Made by a program: the position numbers and the translations under genes. From Trypanosoma brucei (Eukaryota), in assembly GCA_000002445.1 (NCBI GenBank), contig CM000207.1:1568001-1632000 (forward strand): a stretch of 64,000 nt of DNA, given 5' to 3'. The notes below the pieces were generated by a model. It was not told where the DNA came from. It worked only from the letters and a program-made list of their open reading frames with translations, and made no database searches. This document shows positions 45,269-54,321 of this stretch, one piece after another; positions within the stretch are counted from its first letter, which is position 1; each line of letters opens with the position of its first letter.

Positions 45269-46135
45269 TTATTTGGCATCTTTTTCACTTTTCATATTAC
45301 TACCAATGTTACTCGCTGCCGATGCCGCAGTACTCCTCTTCACCCCCGCCCAAATATAATGACCGGTGTATAACCTACTGGAAAGACGGAAGCTTAAATG
45401 TAATTGACGTGAGGCAAAAGTCTTAAGAACGTCTGGACACGCTACAATATGCCGCATCTCTATTTGTGAAACACCATGGTTAAGCGCACATCTTGACAGA
45501 TCAGCGGGTGGAATAAACTTGGCCCAGTCGTGCGTTCCGGGTTCCACTATGCCAGTGATATGTTCCGCCACGACAATAAAGCTCAATGCGGTAAAAAGTG
45601 ACTTATCCATGGTGGAAATTACAAGCACGCCACCGGGTTTTGTTGCTGCGCAAATATCGTGCAAAAATGCCGCCGCATCGCTCACGTGTTCAATTACCTC
45701 CGAAGCCACTACAAGTTCAAATTGCCGTCCTTCTCCCTCCACCACCTCGTGAAGTGGCACACAACGATATGCAAGCGATGCTTGTGGAGTAATATCACGG
45801 AGAACTCGCTGACGCCGCTCCTCTGCTACGGCAATACTTTCCTTACACATGTCAATGCCCAATACATCACCACCTAATCGTGCAATGCTCTCAGAAAGAA
45901 TACCTCCACCACAACCAACATCCAATACACTCATTCCTGGTCTTATTCCTGCTGTAGCAGCCAAGTCGGATGGAGTAAATGCGCACCGGCATGCCTTATT
46001 TATGAACTCAACGCGTACAGGATTGAATTGATGTAATGTACGTAAGGGACCTTGCGGGCACCACCAATATTTCTGCAAGCGACTGAACTTAGAAATCTCA
46101 GCAGCTGATACGCCGCGAGCCATTGCTGAGGACAT
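45269..46135 (-). CDS. COQ3: Ubiquinone biosynthesis O-methyltransferase COQ3/UbiG (class I SAM-dependent methyltransferase)
   Basis: AEISKFSRLQKYWWCPQGPLRTLHQFNPVRVEFI is the UbiG/Coq3 N-terminal signature. SAM motif I VLDVGCGGGILSE. ORF-track start 46159 is TTG; ATGs at 46133-46135 and 46121-46123. Confidence 0.85.
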   Translation of the reverse strand: MSSAMARGVSAAEISKFSRLQKYWWCPQGPLRTLHQFNPVRVEFINKACRCAFTPSDLAATAGIRPGMSVLDVGCGGGILSESIARLGGDVLGIDMCKESIAVAEERRQRVLRDITPQASLAYRCVPLHEVVEGEGRQFELVVASEVIEHVSDAAAFLHDICAATKPGGVLVISTMDKSLFTALSFIVVAEHITGIVEPGTHDWAKFIPPADLSRCALNHGVSQIEMRHIVACPDVLKTFASRQLHLSFRLSSRLYTGHYIWAGVKRSTAASAASNIGSNMKSEKDAK

Positions 46136-46650
46136 GTGAAAACACCACGAAACCGACAAATAACAAATAATAGCCGTGGTAATATACCAAACTATAATAA
46201 TAATTATTATTATATATAGATGGATATATATAGATACAGATACAGATATATGCTACTGATATATTCGCTATGAACTTTCTTGTAACTAACCGCGTAGGGG
46301 CGCCGGATTCTTCTCTTTTTTTTTTCCTTTTCACCTTCCCCCCCTACCTTTTTTAGTCAAAAGTGCGAGGGTGATAATCACCTAACATTTAAAGGTGTCG
46401 CAACCATAGGGAGGAACAGAGAAAAAAAAGGCACAAAGACATTAATATATGAATAAATATATGTGAGGAGAACGTAGACAGGAGCAGAGGAAAAAGAAAA
46501 TAATCGCGAATAGTGAAGCAATCGAGATACCGTTACGGGGAAGTGTAAACGCATCGCCGTAAAAAGTCTACATTTTATCGTTTCTTTTCAAAAATTTTCT
46601 TCACCCTTCGTATTTGTGGGCGCGTGTGTGAGAAATTAGTTTCTTGTGTA

Positions 46651-46695
46651 TCTCTCTCTCTCTCTCTCTGTGTGTTTGTTTGTTTGTTTGTTTTA
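46651..46695. repeat. Compound (TC)10(TG)3(TTTG)5 microsatellite
   Basis: tctctctctctctctctctgtgtgtttgtttgtttgtttg. Confidence 0.9.
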
Positions 46696-47488
46696 TTGCT
46701 ATTATTACTTTTTCCCCTTCCTTTTGTCTTCGCGCCCTTTAATCGGTATCCCATTCAGAGGGGGGTTTTCCTCTACGTGAAAGTTTAAAAATCCAAATGT
46801 GAAGCGGTAGCGGCGAAAGTTATGGTAACACCATTACCGAAATGACAAACAAGAAAAATACAAATAAAATCAAGTAATAGACGATAGTAAGTGGTCAAGG
46901 TTTTTTCTTTTCATTTTCAAAGAAAAAAAAGAAAAAAAGAAACTAAAAGAACGAAAGAGTAAACACACTAGATGCTTTTAATCGACTCCTTCGGGGGTAT
47001 TGAAAAATAATAAAACACCGCTCGAGAGGATGGGAAGGGGAGGTATAAAAAGAAGCAACTCATCACACTCGAATTTTTTACTTTTATCCGTTTTCATACA
47101 AATGCATGGACATATATATATATATATATACGCAACAAGACAAAACAAGCACAACGTATCGTATCGTATACCGTCGTATCGCCTCCATTTTTCTTTTTTT
47201 TCCCCTGCTTCTGCTGCTGCTACTGTTTTTGTTGTCTGTCTGTTTTATTTGTTTTATTTTGCTTCTACTCTCGTAGCCTTCGATTCCACTCGCCTTCCGT
47301 TACCTTCTGCCAAATGTACGAAAAGAAAAAAAGGAAAAGAAACGTTTTACAACAATCCTTCTCACGAGGCAAATTCACACGTATCATTTCCCCCCTCTCT
47401 AACCACTTCTCCTTTTGTTTATATATCTATTTATTTATTACCACGCCTTTTTCCACCTTATGTCCTCCGAGTTTCCCTTCACCGTATA

Positions 47489-47513
47489 CATATATATATA
47501 TATATATATATAT
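47489..47513. repeat. (TA)12 microsatellite
   Basis: Read directly from the sequence. A similar (TA)n lies at 47113-47130. Confidence 0.85.
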
Positions 47514-49386
47514 TCCCAATAGTTTCTTTGATCCCACACTCTTTTTTTCTTTTCCTTATCCTTTTTTTTCTCTAACAATGGAAAAGAATTATCATCGCAG
47601 CCACCAGGTAGCGACGAAAAAAAAAACAAACAAAGAAACAAAAGAAGAAAATAACAACAACACCAAAAGTGTCCAGAAAATAAAGGGGAGGGGAGGAAAG
47701 AAAAAAAAGAATGAGTAAAAATATTTAAAATATTTAATGTCATCCGTAAGAACATGCCATAAGGAAGGTTTGGAAAAAAAAAATGAGATATTCGGGATGA
47801 TGAAGTAACCGGCACCGCTTAAGGAGGTAAAGAGGTAACAAAAGATTGAGAGAAGTGAAAAAAAAATGAGGATGAAAATGTAACGAAAAGGGGAAAGAAC
47901 AAGAAGGAGAGGAAAGGGGAGAAAAAAAGAGAGAGAGAGTAGAAAACAAAACAAACAAACAAACAATAATAATTATTATTATTATTATATTAATTAAGTA
48001 CACCCATGCACAGGAGGGAAGGGAAAGGGAAAATATGATGGGGTAAAGCCGCTGTATTCCACTCCTTATAGTTTTAAAACTTATGTACATTCACAAAAGC
48101 ACGCATTCGTGTGGTACAATAAGTCAAGTTTGGAGCGAATAGGAAAGGTGGGCAGAGAAGATGTAACGAACAACGAAGATAAATGGAAGGGGAATTTTTT
48201 AAGTGAAGGAAGAAAAGAGGGAGAAAACAATTCATGCGCACTGCTCGTTTCTCCATTTACTTTTTTTGTTGCTGTTGTTTATTAATTAATTTCTCTTTTA
48301 TTACTTCTTTCCGTTTAACGGAAGAAATATAAATATATACACAAGAATCCCCCCTTTCACATTACTAACTGGAAAAATAATTACTTGAGCAAGTAGTATT
48401 AGTAAACACACACCTTTCTAATTTTTCAACAAAAAGCGCAGAAATAAGATATAATACCGATGGTAATTTAATTGATCATAGAGCTTACTTCGCTTAATGA
48501 CGCACCGACCTTCACAAACATACACTCATGTATGAAAGTTTACGTTTGTTTTCACACAAAAATGTAACTGAGAAAACAAACAAAATTCGAAACCGTACAT
48601 AAATTGTTACTCACTGCAAGAGCCGAAAGACGACCACTCCCAAATATAAACAAACATAAGCGTAAGCGCAAACGGACAATAAAAACGAGTACATATACAT
48701 ATATACATATATATATATATGATCTGTATGCATAATGATAATAATAGTAACAGTGACTTTTATACAGTAGCTACGCACGGACTCAGTTGCCGTTGCAGCG
48801 CGTCTAACTGTACATTCAATATATAAAAAAGGTAAAAAAATATTTAAAGATAGAAAAATGGCATGTCGTTGATAAGTATTGGGGAACGCCTTAAATCTAA
48901 AGTACGCAAAAGGGCCACGAATCCCTGACCGGGTACACACGCACAACCAAAGAGAACTACAAGAAAAAAAACATTGTTGACTTACGATGTTCGAGTCTGT
49001 ATTCACAGAGCCGTTGCGTACCTGTTATTTAAAAACGTTGTTGCGACATTGTTTGCTTGCTTCTTTTTTTGTTTTTTTTGTTATTGTTTTCGCCATCGTT
49101 GTTATTGTGACAACGTCTATAAGTATAAGCACGCACAAAAAACACATGCACACACAAATGGCGATAGTACGGAGCTGCAGCAGGAAGGAGAAGTAACTGT
49201 CATTAATCGACTCACCGCAGTCATTTTCCACGACAAAAAAAAAAAGGAACTGCAGCACTAAAATGACGTGCCACCAGTGTCCTTTCCTTCCCTTTACTTC
49301 ATTTTTACCTTTTTCTTTGTCTGTCACTCTCTCTCTCTCAAACACACACGTCGCCGGATTCGAACACAATCAAATCCATTCAATAC

Positions 49387-50187
49387 TTACAGAATTCCTA
49401 ACGCAGAACACCACGCTGCCTTCTTTGCAGTAATACCTACGAGCGTCCTGTCCGTGATCATTTCCGGTCGTACATTTGCGCGCCGGAGGGTAACAAGCGC
49501 CTGCAAAGCCTCAGGATTTTGAAGACAACTGCCCACTTCAGCAGGACAACATTGATGAGCCGCTATAACACCTATTGCAGGAGACCGAAGTATCATATGT
49601 GAAATACGCCCAACATTCCCTTCTAATCGCGCAGTGAAGGGAACATTCAAAATAAGTGAAGGAACTGGCGCCTCCGTGTTGCCGCCCGTCTGCACCAAAC
49701 ACCTGCTCGCTGTTGCTGTTGTGTTCCCCAATTCATTAATATTATTAGTAGAAACCTTTGTTGCATCACACTCAGACGGGGAGGGACATTTCTCAAGACT
49801 GTGCGTAACGGGCTGCGGGCACCAGCCAAGAAATGGACGAGTATGTGCCAATACAATAGTTCCTTGAAACTGACAAGGATCAGCAGCACCACTCGTCGTT
49901 AAGTGCCGTTCCACTTTCACATGTTCAAAGTCGAATCCACAAAGAAGAGTAATGAAAAAATCCTCTACGAGTTTTGCACCACCCACCTGCCCATTAACCT
50001 GGCAGGTGAAATCGCTGTCATGCGTACGCATACCACTAAAAGTTTCACCAAATCCATATGTATGTAAGTCAGGTCCCTTAACGCCTTTGCAAAAGGGGCT
50101 CCAAAACCGCTGCATCACACGCCCCATGTCGAATGGATTGTGCGGTTCTTGCAGTGGACAGCGGACGACACGCGTACGCCACGACAT
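49387..50187 (-). CDS. Hypothetical protein
   Basis: ORF-track start 50271 is TTG. The first ATG is at 50185-50187 (MSWRTRVVRC...), giving 266 aa. Cys/His-rich. No family recognised. Confidence 0.4.
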   Translation of the reverse strand: MSWRTRVVRCPLQEPHNPFDMGRVMQRFWSPFCKGVKGPDLHTYGFGETFSGMRTHDSDFTCQVNGQVGGAKLVEDFFITLLCGFDFEHVKVERHLTTSGAADPCQFQGTIVLAHTRPFLGWCPQPVTHSLEKCPSPSECDATKVSTNNINELGNTTATASRCLVQTGGNTEAPVPSLILNVPFTARLEGNVGRISHMILRSPAIGVIAAHQCCPAEVGSCLQNPEALQALVTLRRANVRPEMITDRTLVGITAKKAAWCSALGIL

Positions 50188-51754
50188 GTTATGCCGAAGC
50201 AACGGAGTTGCCGAAACAAAAAACGGTAGCGGCCGCAGTGGAAGTTTCAATGAGGGAATCCGGAGAAACAAAAAGGGACGGCTGGTGCCGATATTTTAAT
50301 ACTTATTTATAGATTAATTGATGTCTGTTCACTAAAGTTAAGCCCCGTATATTAACTTTTAGTTGCTGTTTTTTTTTCCCGGTCCGAAGTGCTTGGATGC
50401 AATTTACCCTCTACTATTATGGGAACAGAGTAGTAGTTATTGTTATTTCTACTACTCGTCTTATCCTAACTCCACCAAGCCACAACCCGTTCTGTCAAAT
50501 TTTCTTTGTAACCTCTTATTTTTTTTTCCTCTATTCTTCCGTAACTATGGGAGAACAGCTGTAAATAAATATATATATATATGTAGTATATATCAGGCAA
50601 TGCACCTGAGCACTACAAGGCTACACTGATATATTCCCTATAAGTTTGCGAAATAGGTGTAAAATCCCCGCCGCGTACCGTAATTCAGGGCGGATGAAAA
50701 CACACAAAAGAAAACTATTGATTTCACGTTTACTTTCCGCATGCAACAACGCAAAATAAAAGAAAACAATAAGAAACAAACAATAAAATGTGGGAAAGAA
50801 AGTTAATGGCGTATACTTTAGGTAAATTTCACAACATGAGCAACCAATAACAGGCGACAACAGCAGTAAAGTAATACTCCGTTCCCACTCCTAATACAAA
50901 GTAGCGAGACTCAGAATGTGGTGAACGAAGGGCAGAGGGAGCAAAAAACGCTGTCAAACAAGAATAAAGGAAGGATAAAACTTTTTTTTTTAATAAAAGG
51001 GGGAGAGCAAGGGAGAACAACCATATAGAAAGAAGATAATAATGATAACAATAAATAATAATAATTTATTTATTTATTTTTTGGGGGGAAGGGCAGCGCT
51101 GCGTAGCAGGTAGCCTATGTGTAACTTTCCATTTGAAAAGAAGTTCCGCTATCATAAGTGAATTAAAGTACACATGGCGCCTAAGGAACCACGCCCCTCC
51201 CTCTCGTGTAAAATAGTCATGTGAATTGGAAATAATAAGACTGTACACGCGGCGCAGTGGAATATTTTCTTTGGTTAATTTGCTCTCCTCTTCGTTTGTA
51301 CTTTCTTGTTGTTGCTGTTGTTTTTTTTTTGCTTCTTTTTTTTCCGTACAAATTCTACTTTCCTCCCTTTCCACTTCAGGAACCCCATGTATGATAGTGA
51401 TGTCGTAGTACTTTCTTTGGTTTTTTTTTCCCCTCCCTGTCAACTTCCAGCGTACACACGGTATTTCACCCGTCACTGACCTCCTTCCCAAAAATTATTG
51501 CCAGAGTGCTTGTGAAACAACGGAGAAAAAAAACAAAGAGGTATCGTATCCTGACAGTGGCCATATTGTCGTGGACACCGTTATGTAAAGGGTCATGGTT
51601 GCACGTTGAAGCAAAAAAAAAAAGATGAGAAGACAAAAAGTAATCAACAGAATGAATAAAAGGAAGTCGGTAACCATGGGGAAATACCGGCTGTTGATTG
51701 GAAGAAACACAGATGATAATTATTTGAGTAACAACTTAACTACCCCCCGCCCGT

Positions 51755-54022
51755 TCATTTCAGCAAAGGGTAGTTTGTGTAACTGACACCATCCTTCAGG
51801 ATTCTAGAAATTGTTAAAGCAATATACGACATCCAAAAAATCACAAAGAACAAAATCTCACCACGCATCCAATACCGTGGCACAAACAGCATCGAGAAAC
51901 TCACAAGGGTCGCTAGCACTGCAGCTGCCATACCACCAAGTACCATTCTGTTGAGCCCTGAAAAGTTACGGGAAAATGGACTCTCAAATTGAGTGTGGAA
52001 AAGAGCAGGATCATGCTGACACGTGAGTAGAGAAACGGCATCCTGTTTCTGTCCATCAAAGAAATTTTGTTGCCACCAGCGGCGCAGTGCGATTCGCACC
52101 ACATCAAACGTGGCCGGTCCCCATTCCCCAGTTAGTAGAAAGTCCACAAAATGGGGGTCGCTTCCAGCGTACAACCTGGAAAGTGAAATTCCCAGTTCAA
52201 CCCACATATGCTTACATCTCTCTACGCTGCAATGAAACTCACCATTCCCTCGCGCTCCGTCACTTCCATCATCCTCATCTTCATACTCATCCTCATCGTC
52301 ACTGAGGTTCATTTCTTCCCCATGCCCAAGTACATACCTAATCATCTGAGGAAGAATGTTAATAGCAATCATGGACTGAACAAGGTTTGTCCGATCCAAG
52401 CAATCCAAACAGTTCACCCGAACGTAATGTTTCTGCTGGTGGACAAGAACCAACTCGCAAGTCGCCCCGTCAGCATCAGCGGTGCTGGGAACAGATGGAG
52501 GCGATGACCCACTCGATGGAGACGGATGTCCTTCATTGCTAAACTTCCAAAAATCTACGAACTGCGATCCACCTTCGTTTTTCCTATTTAGCAGAGTATC
52601 AACTTCCATTCGCATTAAGTTGTAAGGCGCATTTTTAGCCCTCCGTTCCTTTACGTTGTATTTTGTATAATAAACGTCAACGGGCCTTGAGAGAGCGCCA
52701 TTCCCTTCACGAAGTTTTAATGCCGCTGCTTCGAACGCCTTTGAAATTGGCAACTCGGCTTTGCTAAGCGACGTGGTGTCAAGACAATGGATAGATGTCA
52801 TCCCATCGAATAAAGCCAAAAGGGCATTTAAATGCAAGACCAGTTCATCAACCCCTGACGATGGCGAAGATATGGTAATCGTGGGGATGAATGTTAAATT
52901 CGCTGGCTGACTCCAGCAACGAGGCACAGAACCACGAAGAATGGTAAAGGCTGCCACGCGCTGCTTTTCATTAGCGGCCTTATCCCCCTCGTTTCCCGAC
53001 GCTAAAGGAAAGACCCAAAGCGTTGATGCAGAAAAGTTCGCTGCAATCCCACTACCAGCATTGTCAAGCCCACGCCGATTGTATCGCGTACCCGCCCACC
53101 GGTAACTAAGGCGATTGATGAGCAACATCTGAACACCCTCCTCGGGGGAAGTAGTCGCCTCCACAATACCCCTAATAAACGCAGGAACGTACACGTGGTA
53201 ATCACAATTCAGCGAAGCTACAACCTCATCAAACGCACCAAGCAGAGGCGAATTCCACTGGAAAACCACCCGCTGCGATATTTGTCCCTCGGAAGAAATC
53301 GCTAAAGAAAAGGCGCCACCACCCTTCACGCTGCTGCCATTCAACGACGGCGTGAGTACCTCCTTCATACCCTTCACAACATCACCAGGTTCCAGGGTTA
53401 AGTTCGCAGTCGGTGAATAGTAAAAATAAGAAGCACCGCAATGTTGCTCCGACTGCGCACAAAAGCTATCGACAACCCTACAATACTCTAAAACCATTTC
53501 TTCCCTGGCATGGCTTTGTGAAGAACCCTGCGAAGCGCTTGCTTCATCTTTCTCGCCTGAACCACCATCACCACCGTCCCCACTCTTATTCACGGACAGG
53601 TCAGACGCTGTTTCCGGTAGTCGAAGCCACGACAGCTGCTTTACCGCAAACACGTCGTGGGTCTCCCCAATAGTTAATGTGGTAATACGTTCCCGTTCAG
53701 AAACATACAAAAGTATCGACGCAGAGCCAATGCGAAGAACACCAAATAAAGCATAACAGGGAATACAACGGACCGGTGTAAACTCTTCAAATCCAGAGGA
53801 GGAAGCATCGGACATAACTCCATCATCAACCACATCACAAACCGCCTTTTCAGAATCTTTGCTAACATGAGAAACGGCATCATCCGCAGCCACATTACTC
53901 GGCAACACGAAACATTGACGCTCCAAATTCCAAATAAGTCTGGGATAAGAATCATCATTAGGGACAAAAGAGGCAGATTCACCATCAATAACGATATTTC
54001 CAAAAAAATCCCCTACAGACAT
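51755..54022 (-). CDS. SAC1-like phosphoinositide phosphatase (Sac domain, C-terminal TM anchors)
   Basis: 755 aa. Catalytic CX5R(T/S) motif RVNCLDCLDRTNLVQ. Sac-domain blocks (RYNRRGLDNAGSGIAANF). Two C-terminal TM helices. ATG at 54020-54022. Confidence 0.8.
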   Translation of the reverse strand: MSVGDFFGNIVIDGESASFVPNDDSYPRLIWNLERQCFVLPSNVAADDAVSHVSKDSEKAVCDVVDDGVMSDASSSGFEEFTPVRCIPCYALFGVLRIGSASILLYVSERERITTLTIGETHDVFAVKQLSWLRLPETASDLSVNKSGDGGDGGSGEKDEASASQGSSQSHAREEMVLEYCRVVDSFCAQSEQHCGASYFYYSPTANLTLEPGDVVKGMKEVLTPSLNGSSVKGGGAFSLAISSEGQISQRVVFQWNSPLLGAFDEVVASLNCDYHVYVPAFIRGIVEATTSPEEGVQMLLINRLSYRWAGTRYNRRGLDNAGSGIAANFSASTLWVFPLASGNEGDKAANEKQRVAAFTILRGSVPRCWSQPANLTFIPTITISSPSSGVDELVLHLNALLALFDGMTSIHCLDTTSLSKAELPISKAFEAAALKLREGNGALSRPVDVYYTKYNVKERRAKNAPYNLMRMEVDTLLNRKNEGGSQFVDFWKFSNEGHPSPSSGSSPPSVPSTADADGATCELVLVHQQKHYVRVNCLDCLDRTNLVQSMIAINILPQMIRYVLGHGEEMNLSDDEDEYEDEDDGSDGARGNGEFHCSVERCKHMWVELGISLSRLYAGSDPHFVDFLLTGEWGPATFDVVRIALRRWWQQNFFDGQKQDAVSLLTCQHDPALFHTQFESPFSRNFSGLNRMVLGGMAAAVLATLVSFSMLFVPRYWMRGEILFFVIFWMSYIALTISRILKDGVSYTNYPLLK

Positions 54023-54321
54023 AATTCACCTACAACTAAAAATAAAAAACAATAAATGTCAAACTATTTCCTAAGGGGTAAAGATAATTATGCACTCACC
54101 AACATAAATCTCCAAAAAAAAAAGGAAATATAAATACAAGAAAAAGCAAAAAAAAAACAAAAACTCGCTACAAACAAAACAACTACATAAAATAGAATAA
54201 ACAAAAAATTAAAAGAACAATATAACAAACATTATCCAGCGGAAAAAACAAAGACTTACACAAAAAAAAAACATCAAACAACAACCTAATCCACAAAGCA
54301 AAAAGTTATTTTCAAAAAAGA

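Noticed and set aside
47000-47966. 191-aa, 134-aa and 124-aa ORFs in the 3.2 kb spacer
   Set aside because: They translate (TA)n, poly-pyrimidine and A/G-rich low-complexity DNA (IYIYIY..., FLFLILFFL, KKKKNE). Not protein-like.
49340-49375. tRNA-like T-loop motif (ggattcgaac / GTTCGAATCC on minus)
   Set aside because: The flanking 5 nt do not form a T-stem (gttg versus ccgg). No acceptor or D-arm complementarity around it. No other tRNA-like cloverleaf found by eye anywhere in the window.
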